A DNA stretch of 64,000 bases from a virus. How positions within the stretch are numbered: position 1 is the stretch's first letter; each line of letters begins with the position of its first letter. The notes below the pieces were generated by a model, which was not told the DNA's origin, ran no database searches, and was given only the letters and a program-made list of their open reading frames with translations. Position numbers and translations under genes: made by a program. Positions 42,534 through 53,741 of the stretch are shown here, in pieces. The stretch lies in IMG/VR virus record IMGVR_UViG_3300044742_000375. One strand, given 5' to 3'.

Positions 42534-45020
42534 TCATTTGCGGCTCCTTAGTTGGTGAATCTGCTCCTGCAACTCTCGCACCGCGTTCACCAGCGCGGCG
42601 ACGATGGGATCAGTGCGAACGCCCATTATCTTGCCGTCACCGACCAGATCTCTCCACGCGGCGTCCGGCGGGTCCATGTCTGTCACCGCTTCCGGTAAAA
42701 CCGTTCTGATCTGTTGCGCGGAGAAACCGATCTCGGGCCGCTCGGCGCGAACTTTGGTCGCCGGGTTCCAACGATGGAACACAATCGGTCTGATGCCCAG
42801 GATGGTGGCCAGACCGTGCTGAGCATCCGTGATATCGCGCTTGCTGCGTTCGTCCGATACCGTCACGAAAGAACCCAGCCCGCCGACCGCCCCGGCGAAG
42901 TTGACCGAACTCCAGTCGGAGCCGTTGAACTGCCAGTTGGTGCCGCCGCCCGAGGCGTACGTGAGAGCATTAATGGCGGTGGTGAAATACCAGTTATACT
43001 GCGGGGTGTATTGGATCAGGTAGAGACCGGACCCGGAGAAAATCCGGAAGTTCGTGTCCGGGCCTGGATAGAAACCCGCTCCCGCCTGCATGCTTTGGGC
43101 GGCCTGGGCGTCGCCCGTCGGACCAATCCTGAACGTGGCGACGCTGGCTTCGACGAACTCCCATGTCCTATTGGCCGGATCGCGCGCCAGATAATAACCG
43201 TTGTTGTCATTGACGATGAACTTGCCCGTCGAGTTGTTCATGGCCTGACAGGTCAGGTTACGGCCCACGACCACGTCGGTGTCCGCGAAAATCGTCGGTG
43301 CGTGGACACCCGCGCCGAACGTGACTTTCTCCAGCAGCACCTCGGACCCAGGATAGCGCGTCACCGTGATCCACGGCCTGACCAGGACTCCGTTGTCGCT
43401 GATCGCCCGCCCGATCAGTTCATGGTTCACGATGGAAAAATCATAAGCCCGGCTGTCCACCGCGCCAGCCGTGTTGTTCAGGAAGAACCGGGGCGTGGCG
43501 TAACTGATATTCAAACCCCCAGATAACGTCCCACCCGTCAAAGGCAGATAGCTGCCAGTTATGGCCATGGCCTGTTTGACGAAAGCCGTGGTCGCGAGTT
43601 GTGTCGTGTCCGTATTAGCCGGTGCCGTGGGCGCGGCTGGTATGCCCGTGAACGTGGGGCTGGCCACGAGCGCGCCGCCAACGTCGGTGACATCCTGAGT
43701 CGTCAGCGTGACCGCGCCAGAGCGGCCATTGAAGGTGCTTACTCCGGTAGTGGACGCGACGACGGCCGACGTGACGAACTCCGTGGTGGCGAATTGTGTC
43801 GTCTGCGTGCCGGGCGCCGCCGTGGGGCCCGCCGGAACGCCCGTGAACGTCGGATTGGCCAGCGGCGCGCCACCCACGTCGATGACGTCCTGGGTCGTCA
43901 GCGTGACCGCGCCCACGCGGGTGTTGAACGACACCACGCCCTTGGTGGAGACCGTGTTCACGGCGTCGGTGACGAACGCCGTGGTGGCGATGGATGTGTC
44001 GTTGTCTCCCGGCGCGGGCGTGGGAGCGGTTGGGTTGCCCGAGAACGTGGGCGAGGAGAGGAGAGCGCCGCCCACGGATGAGATATCAGCGGAGAGAAAC
44101 GTGACCGCGCCAGAGCGGCCATTGAAGGTGCTTACCCCCGTGGTGGACGCGACGATGGCGGACGTGACGAACGCCGTGGTGGCGAGTTGTGTCGTCTGCG
44201 TGCCGGGTGCCGCCGTGGGCGCGGCGGGGGTGCCCGTGAACGTGGGGCTGGCCACGGGCGCGCCGCCCGCGTCGGTGACGTCCTTGGTGACCAGCGTGAT
44301 CGCGCCCACGCGGGTATTGAACATCGTTACGCCAGCGTTGGCGGCTTTGCTGTCCACGTACCATTTGGCGACGGCTTCGAACTGACCCACTGGCGTGGCC
44401 TGGGACAGGGTGAGCAAGCTGCTGCCCATGTGCACCGGGCCGGTGAACGTGCCGCCCGAGATTGGCATGAACGATCCGCCGGGCGCCGCCCCGGCCACCA
44501 CGCCATCCACGTAAGCCTTGGTCGCCGCCTCGGTCGGATAAAGCGGATCATGGAAGAGATAGAGTTCCCCCTCCATCATGCCGCCCAGGATGTTCAGATA
44601 CCGGTCACCCGGCTGCTGCCCCGCTCCCCCGGATGGTGGCGGCGGCAACGGCATGGGTTGTTCCGGCGGCACGCCCGTGACCTGGACACCGACCTCGAAC
44701 GTGATGCGGCGGTTCGTCGAACCGTCCAATATGAATTGCAGCGTATAGGCCACGCCGGACGTGCCGAACTCGACGAAGATGATCAGCTGCCTGTGCGTCG
44801 CGTCCAGCAACACCTCGCGCAGTATCAACGGCGTGGGATCATACGGCGGCGGACTGTCGGGCGGCGGATAGGGGGCTTCCGACCAGCCCGACATGCCCTG
44901 GATGACCTCGGACGAAACGATCTGGGTAATGATCTCGTTCACGTCCAGCCACCACGCCATGTCCACGACGATGCGCGTGATGTCCGGCGGTTCTTTATAT
45001 ACCCGCGCTTGCAGTGTCAT
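42534..45020 (-). CDS. tail fibre/spike with C-terminal intramolecular chaperone (S74-type) domain
   Basis: track ORF; AGGAGA upstream; four about 65-aa fibre repeats; C-terminal SDERSKRDI...ELQEQIHQLRSRK (about 42537-42866). Confidence 0.85.
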   Translation of the reverse strand: MTLQARVYKEPPDITRIVVDMAWWLDVNEIITQIVSSEVIQGMSGWSEAPYPPPDSPPPYDPTPLILREVLLDATHRQLIIFVEFGTSGVAYTLQFILDGSTNRRITFEVGVQVTGVPPEQPMPLPPPPSGGAGQQPGDRYLNILGGMMEGELYLFHDPLYPTEAATKAYVDGVVAGAAPGGSFMPISGGTFTGPVHMGSSLLTLSQATPVGQFEAVAKWYVDSKAANAGVTMFNTRVGAITLVTKDVTDAGGAPVASPTFTGTPAAPTAAPGTQTTQLATTAFVTSAIVASTTGVSTFNGRSGAVTFLSADISSVGGALLSSPTFSGNPTAPTPAPGDNDTSIATTAFVTDAVNTVSTKGVVSFNTRVGAVTLTTQDVIDVGGAPLANPTFTGVPAGPTAAPGTQTTQFATTEFVTSAVVASTTGVSTFNGRSGAVTLTTQDVTDVGGALVASPTFTGIPAAPTAPANTDTTQLATTAFVKQAMAITGSYLPLTGGTLSGGLNISYATPRFFLNNTAGAVDSRAYDFSIVNHELIGRAISDNGVLVRPWITVTRYPGSEVLLEKVTFGAGVHAPTIFADTDVVVGRNLTCQAMNNSTGKFIVNDNNGYYLARDPANRTWEFVEASVATFRIGPTGDAQAAQSMQAGAGFYPGPDTNFRIFSGSGLYLIQYTPQYNWYFTTAINALTYASGGGTNWQFNGSDWSSVNFAGAVGGLGSFVTVSDERSKRDITDAQHGLATILGIRPIVFHRWNPATKVRAERPEIGFSAQQIRTVLPEAVTDMDPPDAAWRDLVGDGKIMGVRTDPIVAALVNAVRELQEQIHQLRSRK
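43535..44324. repeat. four about 65-aa fibre repeats arranged as a duplicated two-unit (about 393-nt) block
   Basis: FN(T/G)R.GAVTL...GGA..(S/N)PTF(T/S)G.P.APT.....T..ATT(A/E)FV x4; long near-identical DNA at 43708 and 44101. Confidence 0.8.
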
Positions 45021-45691
45021 TGTTTTCTCCTGCCGTGCGCGAAATAAGGATACGTCCTGCGGGGCGATTGCTGATGAGAGTGTAACCGCTCGGCGATGTC
45101 TCGCGCGCGCCCCATACCCTGGCGGTACCGCTGACCGTGATATTGCGCCAGTTGCGGCGCGGACCAGGGCTTGGCGGGCATGGCGTAGAGCCGCGCCAGG
45201 GTCCCGTCCAGCATGGTTTCAAACCAGGTGGTGAACAATTCCGGGATCGCGCCCAGCTTGACCACGTCGAACCGGAGAGGACGCAACGCCACCAGGGCCC
45301 AGCCCGAACGGCCCGCCAAGGGCGGCAGGAAATCCACCAGTTGCGCTGGCGGGTTGATCTCCCAATGGGTCAATCCGTGCGTGTACAAAACCCACACCAC
45401 GCTCATGTCGGCGTTGAACGGATTGAAATCCACCGTGCTGACGCCCGGCCCCATCTCCCAATGAATTTTACTACGGAAGTAAGTGCTCCGGATGCAGAAC
45501 TCCTGAACCGTGTTCCACAACTCCATCTCGATCACCGGCAAGGTGATCGCCGGAAGCATGGTCTGGATGTTGTCGTAGAGCCGCTCCACGTCGCCGCCGG
45601 TCGGCGCGGGCATGCCGAACACGCCCTCTATCGGGCTGAACCCGATGACGAATTGTCCAATGGCGGAACTGTAGGTGAGCGACCCCGACAT
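45017..45691 (-). CDS. virion structural protein (224 aa)
   Basis: track ORF; ATGA overlap with fibre gene. Confidence 0.65.
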   Translation of the reverse strand: MSGSLTYSSAIGQFVIGFSPIEGVFGMPAPTGGDVERLYDNIQTMLPAITLPVIEMELWNTVQEFCIRSTYFRSKIHWEMGPGVSTVDFNPFNADMSVVWVLYTHGLTHWEINPPAQLVDFLPPLAGRSGWALVALRPLRFDVVKLGAIPELFTTWFETMLDGTLARLYAMPAKPWSAPQLAQYHGQRYRQGMGRARDIAERLHSHQQSPRRTYPYFAHGRRKQ

Positions 45692-45703
45692 AAGCGTGCC
45701 CCG

Positions 45704-46078
45704 TCAGGTTGCGGGAGTATACGGGAAAGGAGGCACCGGATCGGGCACGAACGGTATTTCGTTCGGACCCGGAGGCCCCCCGGCTATGTCCCACGCGAGC
45801 CCGCACACGGAGCAGGCCCCACGCGGCAACGACTGCACGTACAGAACCGGTCGCGCCACGCCGTCACCGGAATTCACGGCCGAGGGGATCGGATTCCGCA
45901 CGGCCTGCCTCGTCACGGTGATACGGCAATCCTGCGCCGTGTTCGGACAGGCGGGCGCGCGCATCCACTCGGAAGATCCCGCCACCATCGGCATCGGAGT
46001 CGGTCCCAGCAAGGGGACCGCGTCGGGATCGTTTACTACCGGATTAAAATGGAACTCCGGGATGGACATATCCGTCAT
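45704..46078 (-). CDS. hypothetical protein (124 aa, Pro/Cys-containing)
   Basis: track ORF; ATGA overlap upstream. Confidence 0.55.
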   Translation of the reverse strand: MTDMSIPEFHFNPVVNDPDAVPLLGPTPMPMVAGSSEWMRAPACPNTAQDCRITVTRQAVRNPIPSAVNSGDGVARPVLYVQSLPRGACSVCGLAWDIAGGPPGPNEIPFVPDPVPPFPYTPAT

Positions 46079-46302
46079 GACTGCGTTTCTTTCATCTGTC
46101 GCAGCGTGGACATGCCGTTGCCCTGGCCGGTCTGCGCGTTCACCGCGTCCTGTAACTGACGATGAATGTCGATGATGGCCGGGTTGATCTCGCGCCAGGG
46201 CTGCTGGCCCAGCACTTCCAGGACCTGGTTCCAGCGCGAGATGGGCATCGTCACCATGGCCATCAGGGTCGTGATGTCTTGTTGCGGCTGTGTTCCACTC
46301 AT
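46075..46302 (-). CDS. hypothetical protein (75 aa)
   Basis: track ORF; minus-strand TAATTACGGGAGTAAAATC then ATG (junction motif). Confidence 0.55.
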   Translation of the reverse strand: MSGTQPQQDITTLMAMVTMPISRWNQVLEVLGQQPWREINPAIIDIHRQLQDAVNAQTGQGNGMSTLRQMKETQS

Positions 46303-46318
46303 GATTTTACTCCCGTAA

Positions 46319-46672
46319 TTACATTGACGACGAGCCGTTATCCAACTGATTGATAGCGGCCTCGGCGGCGGTCCAGAACGTGGTCCAATGACCGGCCAGG
46401 GTGTTCATCGCGAACTCGTAGTCGGTACCGTTTTTGCCCGGCGTGACGCCGTCGGGAACGATGCCGAAATTGTTCTGCACGAACATGTTACCTGGCGTCG
46501 TCATATTACCCGCCTCGTACTGGGTGCCGGGAGTACCGACGTAACCAGCCGAAGCCGTGGCCAGGGCATCCTGCAGCCGCGCCATGGTGGTGTTCAGGCC
46601 GAGCAGCCTGCCCACGGTCTGGTTGGTCATGCTGCCGAAAGTCGTATTGGTCGGAATGATAAGAGCGGCCAT
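46319..46672 (-). CDS. hypothetical protein (117 aa)
   Basis: track ORF; TGATG overlap with fibre stop. Confidence 0.6.
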   Translation of the reverse strand: MAALIIPTNTTFGSMTNQTVGRLLGLNTTMARLQDALATASAGYVGTPGTQYEAGNMTTPGNMFVQNNFGIVPDGVTPGKNGTDYEFAMNTLAGHWTTFWTAAEAAINQLDNGSSSM

Positions 46673-49600
46673 CAGTGTATCCTCTGTTCAAGTGTTTCGA
46701 GACGCGCCGTCAGTTGTCGCACGGAACCGATCAGGGCCGCGATGAGCGCCTGATCGTTGAGTTGCCAGTAGCCCTCGCCTTCCGGGCCGTTCAGCCCCGG
46801 ACGCGCGCCGACGGGGTAGACTTCACCGACTTCCTGGGCGATCAGCCCGACCGGGATGATGATGGTGTCGTCCACCTCCCGCGTGTTCCCCTCGACGGTT
46901 CGGGGCTCGGACGGTTTCCGCCAGCGATACTGTTTCAGTGGTATCGCGTTGATCGCCGCGAGACAGTCAAACGTCGAGGGTGCGATGTCCTGTTTAAGTC
47001 TCCGGTCGCTCCAGGACCCCACCGCGTAGTCGGTCAAATAGTTGCCATCGACCCGGCCCCACACGCCGGTGAGGCCGTCGAAGTAGAACGCGTGGCTGGC
47101 CACCGGACCCAGGTTCTTATAATACATGCCCGCCCCCGAGACGGACGCCGTTCCGGGTATCGACAAAATTCCGGTGTGGGTTAGCGTCAGGATGCCGACG
47201 GTGTTGTCGATGATCATCCAAACGCCGTCGGATGACTGACGGCCCATCCAGTAGTTGGGGTTGTTGGCGACATACACGCGACCGCTGATGGTCATGATAT
47301 CGGCGCAGGTGAAGTAGCCGTTCACGGTAAGCGCGCCCGTGCAGGTATCCCCCGCTTTGTAAAGATAGCGCCCGTCAGCGGCGGGAGTGGTATAATAATT
47401 ACCCTGGACCCAGGCCCGCGAGGCTATTGTTCCCTGGAACGAATTATCAATGAAGTAGTTCAGAGCCCCGTTGGGACCGTCCCAGCCAAAGCCGATGACG
47501 TTGGCGGACAGGCTACGGTAGATGATGCCGCTGGTAACGCTCGCGACACCACTCATGTAGACGGTCGGCGCGACCAGGGCCAGTTGAGTCATCCCCGCGT
47601 CGACCGCGAACTCCACGGTCGTCGCGGTGGCGTTGCCGATATAGCCGTGTCGCGTACCGTCGGGCGTGTGAAACCCGAGGTGGCCGCTGTTGGTGGCGCT
47701 ACCCAGGTCCAGCCTGGAATAACCCACGCCCGTCCCGACCTGGAGCGCGCCGGTCATGGTGTCGCCGGTCTTCTTGACGTAATCGCCACCGGTTATCGCG
47801 ACGAACTTCGCGTCCACGTATTGTTTCGTTGTCGCGTGCATGGGTTGAGTAGGATCACGCGCCAGCCACGCGTCACCGACGTGCAACGACATACCGCCAT
47901 CATCGAAGTGCGCCCAGTCAGTGTTTGAACTGCTGACCATGTAGACCGAACCGCCGACGACATTCATCCGTCCGCCCGAGATCGCCAGCCCGTAGGCCCC
48001 GCCATACATATTGAGGCCATGGGTCACGTCGTTCGATGCACCCACGAAGTTATTCATGTAGATGCCGTTCTGGAACGTCGCCTGACCAGAAACGGCGAGC
48101 GTTGAACTGATACTGACTGACGATCCACCAAAATACAGCGGCTGATACGAAGCGTTTCCGGTGTTGTCTACTCCTTCAATATATGATCCGGCCCCGTCAA
48201 TTCTGAAACGAACGCCCTTGGTGTTTCCATTGATGAGGAGCGCGATTGAAGACCCGTCAGGAACAGACATCCTCACGCCGCTCTGCGCGGTCATCGCGAT
48301 TGTGTGCGCCAACCCGTCGATGCGGATGCCTAGCGCGGAGTTGCTCCATGGCGCGATGGTGATCGCGCCCGTGTCCGGTGCGTATCGACTGGCGACGATC
48401 AAAGCGTCGTTGGTCTGCACGATGGCGTTATACGCACCCGACCCCGCCCCAGGCAGCAACGAGACAGCGGTTCCGGCATAATTGACGTTGATCTGTGGCG
48501 TCACGTTCAACGTGCCGCTCAGATCGCCGCCCGTGAGTTTGAGATACCGCCCGTCCTGCTGCGCGGGCGTGTAGTAGTTCGCCTGGAGATACCCCAGGTT
48601 GACGATGCCATACGCCCCATTTGGAGCGTTGGCGACGTAGCCGTAGCCGTTGATCGTGGTGTCGCCGCCGGTCGCGGAACGCGTGATGTAGAACGGCTGG
48701 CCAAGGAAGGCGCCATCATTACGGTAAGCGAATATCGCGAATGCCGATCCGCCGGTCCCGGTGATCGGATCGCCACTCTGGTCATTGCTGCCGCCCAGCC
48801 GCATGATCCAACGCAACGAGCCGTTGTTGTATCCCATGGCATCGTTGACACCGCCACCGCCACCATTGTTGAGAACAAGGACCGACGACGCGCCAGACGC
48901 GCCGTCTATCTGGACGGTGTTCCTGGCGTAAACAGGCAGGTAAGATGTGACCCTGTCGCCGCCCTTGACGCGGAACAACAGGTTGCCACCGGTATAAAAG
49001 TCATGTGCGTCGGTGGTGTTCTGGGTTGTGTAGTTGAGCGTGTAGCTTGTGACGAGGAACCCATAACCCAGGCCGACCCTTGGGCCGTAGAGGGTGATGC
49101 CGCGCGACCGGTCGTTTGGATCAGCGCCAATGTAGCCGTTGTCAAGGTCGATGGCGCCGTGGACGGTAAGGTCCGTCGCGACATTGAGCGCATTGTAGAA
49201 CGCCGCGTTCCCGTTAGTGTCGATACGAAACCGAACCGCCGGGACGCCCTCGTCGGTGACGACGTAATGACCCCCTGGCTCAAGCCCCGCCCCCCAGGTT
49301 CGCGTGCCGGTGACAGTGTAGAACGTGCGCGCCCAATTGTTATTTGGCACCGTGATGTAAAGCGGGTCCACGCCGTAGTTGATCGTGAGCCGTCCGGTCA
49401 TCGTGTCGCCGCCGACGTTCACCCAGCGAGCGTCACCGGCTACTGGCGTGATGAAGTTGGCGTTGACCCAGCGCGTGTTCGCGACCGCGTCGTCGTTGCT
49501 CGCCGCCGCCGGGGTCACCGTCGTGGTGTTCACCGGGTAGACACCGCCGCCGTCGGTCCAGACCGTCTGGTTACCCCCCGCCTGCACCGTGATCGTGCCG

Positions 49601-52600
49601 CCGCTCGCCCCCGCGAGGGTTATCGGCTGGTTGGTGATGTTCATCGCCGCCCATATCTTCGTGGGGACCGTGGCGACGGGCATGGTCAGGGTCACCGGAC
49701 CAGTCGGTGAGCCCCACATATACAGCCCGTGGGCGGTTATTTCGCCGACGCCCACCACGCGGCTGGTGTTGGCGTCCAGAAGGGCGGTCTGAAACTGCGT
49801 CGGATGGACGTGATCGCCTTGGGCATAATACCAGACATTTGATCCGGCGCTGCCCGCGCCGTCCATCGGCGGCGGGTTCGTGTAGACGACAGGGAGCGCG
49901 CCCTTCATGGCGAGCGCACCCTGATCGCCGCCGTCTATGAACAGGTGAGCCGTGTTGTCGGGAAACCATGTGATGCCGGTCGTGTGCCCGCCGTTCGGCA
50001 GGCCGTCGTAAGAAATCCCGGTGGGGTGGATGGACGCGGCGTCGGTCGTGCCAATAACGAAGTAGTGCCGGGCGTCACCCGCCGCCACATGGTTCATGCG
50101 GAAACTGGTGACCGACTGACCGTAACCCGCGTAATGAAAACTGATATGCTTCGTCAGGTCCCACGGCACGCTGGCGACCGCGCCACCGAAGTCGATGCCG
50201 AGGTTCTGTGGACTTAGACCGCCATGCGTGAAGAACCGGCCTGTCTTACGCTCCATGGCTATTGAGGAGCCGAGATAACCACCCGTGTCACCGTAACGGT
50301 GCAACACGAGATCGACGCCTCTGTCTGTGCCATCCTCATCTGGATAGTTTGAGACGCCCATGTGCCAACGCTGGATGCTACCAATCAGCCAGCTATAACC
50401 AGCCGCGCCCTGCGTGATGCCGCCCGCTACATCGACTTTGCGTGAATTCACATAGACAACGCCAGATGTGCCCACCGACGTACCGACGTTGATGCTCGTG
50501 TTGACGGTCAGATCACCGGTCATGGTGTCGCCAGTGATGTTCACCCAGCGCGTGTCACCCGCCGCCTGCGTGACACTGTTCTGGCTGACCCAGTATTGCG
50601 TGGCCAGAACGCCAACCTCGTTGCCGTCTACCCATCCATGGATGGCGTTGTCACCGCCCCATGAAAAGCCCATGACGTTCGTTCCGGCACCGCCCAGAGT
50701 GTAAACGACCCCTGGCCCACTCAAACTTAGAACGCCGTCGAACCGCAGGAACATCGTGCGTTTCCAGCCGCTCGGGCTGAGCACGTTATACCAAGAGAAA
50801 CCAGCCGGAATCCAGTTGCAGCCGTTGACGAACGCGACATCGCCCGCGCCGTCGGTATTCCATGTCAGATAACCGCCGCCGACGGATGGCAGTGGCCCGG
50901 TGTTCTGCTGCGTGAACAGAAACTCGCCCCGGTTCCATATGCCGTTGTCAACGGTCAGATGGCCGGTGATCGTGTCGCCGGTCACGTTGACCCACCGGGC
51001 ATCGCCCTGTGTGTTGGTTGAGTAGTTGTTCGTCAGGTATTGCAGCGGCACCGCTTCCATCGCGCTGCCGGGGTCCCGGCCAAGCGTGACGGACTGACTG
51101 TTCATGACCACGACCGGCGCGGCCAGACCGATCTGTGAGCCGCCCAGCCAGAGCGGCTGGTAGCTTGTTACTCCGGTATTATCGACCCCCTCGATCATGA
51201 AATAGTCAGGGCCGGAGTTCATCCGAACGCCTTTGGTGGAGCCCCGGAGCATCAACTGGGACTGACCGTCGGGGTGCGAAATGTTCAACGGGCCGGTCAT
51301 GTTGTCGCCGGTCACGTTGACCCAGCGCGTGTCACCTCCGCTGATGCTGATCGTGTTGTTATCGACATACTGCTTCGTGGCGATCCCAAGAGGCGCGGTT
51401 GGATCGTGGCTGACAGTGAGTTCGTTGGCGGCGGTCATCGCGATGGTGCCAGCCGGTGCGTCGATGCGTATGCCCAACGGCACGTTGCCCCACGTCGTCA
51501 ACGTAAGCGCGCCCGTATCCACCGCGCCTCGTGTGAAGATCAACGCCGTATCATTGGACTGGGTGATGCCGTTCCACGCGCCCGGTCCAGTGCCAGGGTA
51601 GATCGTGAATGATGATCCGGCCTGATTGACGTTGATCGAGGCGTTGACGTTCAACACGCCGCTCATCGTGTCGCCGGTCACGTTGACCCAACGCGTGTCG
51701 CCCTGCGTTTGTGTCAGATAGTTCGCCGTCAGATACTGCAACGGCACCGCGTGCAGCGGCGCGGTCGGATCGCGAAACAACGTGGCGTCGCCATTGGTCA
51801 GGCTCAAACCGCCGTTGACCTGTAGCAGCGCCGTCCCAATGGGAGCGGTCTGGCCGATCATGACGATGCCAGAGTGGTCGATCCGCAGCCGCTCCAGGTG
51901 CGCCGTGGTTCCGTTTGGCACAGTCCACAGCGAAGTCCGACGCCCGTTCGCGGTCGCCGTCCAGGCTTCCTCCGCGAACACCGAGACCCCGATCTGTTCG
52001 AGCGTCCAGGCGGTGCCGTTGTATCCCGCCGTGCGGAATGACATGAGCGCGTCGCCAGAGGCGATGGCGAGCGGTGCCCCCGCCGTCCCGTTGGCGCGGC
52101 GATGGATGACCTGGGTGCCGCCCGCGTAGGCTTCCAGCGTGATGTTGGCCGAGCCGCCCGCCGCCGGTCCGACAACCTGGAGGTCGGTGTTTGGCGAGGC
52201 GACAGCCGCCGTGGTCGCGCCCCGGCCCACCGTCGTCTTCGCGCCGACGATCAGCGCCCCGGTCATCGTGTCGCCAACGGTGGCCACGCTGCGCTGCCAC
52301 GCGCCTGTTTGCAGCCGCCCGAACGTTCCGGCCCCGACAGGCTCGGCTATGAAACCATCATCGCCATCAACGCCGGGGACACCCTGAACGCCCTGTGGAC
52401 CCTGCGCGCCGGTCGCGCCGACAGGACCCTGCGCCCCCGTGGCCCCGGTGGGGCCCACGGGCCCCGGCACCGTGCTATCGGCACCCGTGGCGCCCGTCGC
52501 GCCTATCGGCCCCTGGACGCCCTGTGGACCCTGCGCGCCGGTCGCGCCGTCCACACCCGCCGGTCCGGTGGCACCCGTGGAACCCGTCGCGCCCACGGGT

Positions 52601-53403
52601 CCCTGAGTGCCCGTGTCGCCTTTGACGCCCTGCGGTCCGGTCGGGCCTGGGATACCTTGTTCACCCTGCGGCCCTTGTATGGGCCCGGCGTTTATCCAGA
52701 CACCCGTCTCGGTGTCCCAGATCCACATATCGCCGGTATCCTGGACGATATACGCGTCGCCGTCCGAATTGCCCGTGGGCGGAAGCGAGCCGACATCGGG
52801 CACCTGGCCCTTGACGTTGATGCCCGTACCGGCGGCGCCGGTCTCGCCCTGAATACCTTGTGGTCCCTGCGGCCCAACGGGACCCTCCGCGCCGGGCGTG
52901 CCTGGCACGCCCTGAGGCCCGGTCGCGCCGTCCACACCAGCCGTGCCGGGAACGCCCTGGATACCCTGGGGGCCGGTGGCGCCCGTGTTGCCCGTGTCGC
53001 CCTTGGCGCCCGCCGGACCGGCCGGACCTTGAACACCCTGCGAACCCGTGGCGCCATCCGCGCCATCGTCACCCGGAACACCTTGCGGCCCTTGCGGCCC
53101 GGCGGGGCCGGGAACTGTACTGGCGGGCCCCTGAGGCCCCGTCGGACCGGTAGGACCCACCGGCCCCTGAGGCCCCGTACCGCCCGACGGTCCCATGTCG
53201 CCCGTGCTGACGTCGATCTGGACCGGTTCGGGAGTGAAAATGTCGATATCCACCGACCAGACCGGCGGCGTCATGACAACGTCCACCAGGATCGGATCGG
53301 CGTCGTCGGTCTGGATATCCACCGACATATTCACAATCGGATAGACGTCCACCTGGGTGGGCGTCGGCTCCGTGGATACGTCGATGGACACGATGTCGTT
53401 CAT
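46672..53403 (-). CDS. giant tail fibre (2243 aa) with collagen-like Gly-X-Y tracts and C-terminal intramolecular chaperone domain
   Basis: track ORF 46672-53496 trimmed to ATG 53403 (ATGA overlap with upstream stop); Gly-X-Y tracts; repeated GDT(M/L)(T/S)G and DPT.P....TKQYVD motifs; C-terminal SDRRLKQDI...LETLEQRIH (about 46675-47019). Confidence 0.85.
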   Translation of the reverse strand: MNDIVSIDVSTEPTPTQVDVYPIVNMSVDIQTDDADPILVDVVMTPPVWSVDIDIFTPEPVQIDVSTGDMGPSGGTGPQGPVGPTGPTGPQGPASTVPGPAGPQGPQGVPGDDGADGATGSQGVQGPAGPAGAKGDTGNTGATGPQGIQGVPGTAGVDGATGPQGVPGTPGAEGPVGPQGPQGIQGETGAAGTGINVKGQVPDVGSLPPTGNSDGDAYIVQDTGDMWIWDTETGVWINAGPIQGPQGEQGIPGPTGPQGVKGDTGTQGPVGATGSTGATGPAGVDGATGAQGPQGVQGPIGATGATGADSTVPGPVGPTGATGAQGPVGATGAQGPQGVQGVPGVDGDDGFIAEPVGAGTFGRLQTGAWQRSVATVGDTMTGALIVGAKTTVGRGATTAAVASPNTDLQVVGPAAGGSANITLEAYAGGTQVIHRRANGTAGAPLAIASGDALMSFRTAGYNGTAWTLEQIGVSVFAEEAWTATANGRRTSLWTVPNGTTAHLERLRIDHSGIVMIGQTAPIGTALLQVNGGLSLTNGDATLFRDPTAPLHAVPLQYLTANYLTQTQGDTRWVNVTGDTMSGVLNVNASINVNQAGSSFTIYPGTGPGAWNGITQSNDTALIFTRGAVDTGALTLTTWGNVPLGIRIDAPAGTIAMTAANELTVSHDPTAPLGIATKQYVDNNTISISGGDTRWVNVTGDNMTGPLNISHPDGQSQLMLRGSTKGVRMNSGPDYFMIEGVDNTGVTSYQPLWLGGSQIGLAAPVVVMNSQSVTLGRDPGSAMEAVPLQYLTNNYSTNTQGDARWVNVTGDTITGHLTVDNGIWNRGEFLFTQQNTGPLPSVGGGYLTWNTDGAGDVAFVNGCNWIPAGFSWYNVLSPSGWKRTMFLRFDGVLSLSGPGVVYTLGGAGTNVMGFSWGGDNAIHGWVDGNEVGVLATQYWVSQNSVTQAAGDTRWVNITGDTMTGDLTVNTSINVGTSVGTSGVVYVNSRKVDVAGGITQGAAGYSWLIGSIQRWHMGVSNYPDEDGTDRGVDLVLHRYGDTGGYLGSSIAMERKTGRFFTHGGLSPQNLGIDFGGAVASVPWDLTKHISFHYAGYGQSVTSFRMNHVAAGDARHYFVIGTTDAASIHPTGISYDGLPNGGHTTGITWFPDNTAHLFIDGGDQGALAMKGALPVVYTNPPPMDGAGSAGSNVWYYAQGDHVHPTQFQTALLDANTSRVVGVGEITAHGLYMWGSPTGPVTLTMPVATVPTKIWAAMNITNQPITLAGASGGTITVQAGGNQTVWTDGGGVYPVNTTTVTPAAASNDDAVANTRWVNANFITPVAGDARWVNVGGDTMTGRLTINYGVDPLYITVPNNNWARTFYTVTGTRTWGAGLEPGGHYVVTDEGVPAVRFRIDTNGNAAFYNALNVATDLTVHGAIDLDNGYIGADPNDRSRGITLYGPRVGLGYGFLVTSYTLNYTTQNTTDAHDFYTGGNLLFRVKGGDRVTSYLPVYARNTVQIDGASGASSVLVLNNGGGGGVNDAMGYNNGSLRWIMRLGGSNDQSGDPITGTGGSAFAIFAYRNDGAFLGQPFYITRSATGGDTTINGYGYVANAPNGAYGIVNLGYLQANYYTPAQQDGRYLKLTGGDLSGTLNVTPQINVNYAGTAVSLLPGAGSGAYNAIVQTNDALIVASRYAPDTGAITIAPWSNSALGIRIDGLAHTIAMTAQSGVRMSVPDGSSIALLINGNTKGVRFRIDGAGSYIEGVDNTGNASYQPLYFGGSSVSISSTLAVSGQATFQNGIYMNNFVGASNDVTHGLNMYGGAYGLAISGGRMNVVGGSVYMVSSSNTDWAHFDDGGMSLHVGDAWLARDPTQPMHATTKQYVDAKFVAITGGDYVKKTGDTMTGALQVGTGVGYSRLDLGSATNSGHLGFHTPDGTRHGYIGNATATTVEFAVDAGMTQLALVAPTVYMSGVASVTSGIIYRSLSANVIGFGWDGPNGALNYFIDNSFQGTIASRAWVQGNYYTTPAADGRYLYKAGDTCTGALTVNGYFTCADIMTISGRVYVANNPNYWMGRQSSDGVWMIIDNTVGILTLTHTGILSIPGTASVSGAGMYYKNLGPVASHAFYFDGLTGVWGRVDGNYLTDYAVGSWSDRRLKQDIAPSTFDCLAAINAIPLKQYRWRKPSEPRTVEGNTREVDDTIIIPVGLIAQEVGEVYPVGARPGLNGPEGEGYWQLNDQALIAALIGSVRQLTARLETLEQRIH
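52357..53193. repeat. collagen-like Gly-X-Y coding repeats (two tracts split by an about 49-aa insert)
   Basis: [17 protein letters not shown]... and [16 protein letters not shown]...; 33-nt exact DNA repeat near 52389 and 52518. Confidence 0.85.
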
Positions 53404-53741
53404 GTTAATACCGTAGTGACGTCGGAGGTCGTGTTCACCTGTCCGGCGAGCACCGTGGCGACGTCGCCCCAGGCGTACGTCACCTGCAGATCCCACACCG
53501 ACGAACTGGGCAGTTTCGCCGAGTCGTGCGCCGCCAGCACCATCACCACGGTGTTGGGCACGTTGATCGTGCAGGCCATGCCCGCGATGAACGATCCACC
53601 GCCCCTGTCACGTATTTGCGCCACCACTTTCGCGCCGTTCAGATCGGCGGGCACGGTACGCTCCGTGTCCAGCCACAGCTTGAACCGCCAGCGATACGTG
53701 TCGCCACGGTAGATCAGCAGGGGCATCTTCCCCGGTGTCAT
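53400..53741 (-). CDS. hypothetical tail-associated protein (113 aa)
   Basis: track ORF; ATGA overlaps on both sides. Confidence 0.6.
   Translation of the reverse strand: MTPGKMPLLIYRGDTYRWRFKLWLDTERTVPADLNGAKVVAQIRDRGGGSFIAGMACTINVPNTVVMVLAAHDSAKLPSSSVWDLQVTYAWGDVATVLAGQVNTTSDVTTVLT

Noticed and set aside
42534-45020. Diversity-generating retroelement suggested by repeated fibre segments.
   Set aside because: No reverse transcriptase ORF is present. The differences between repeat copies are not adenine-specific. Both copies lie in frame within one gene.
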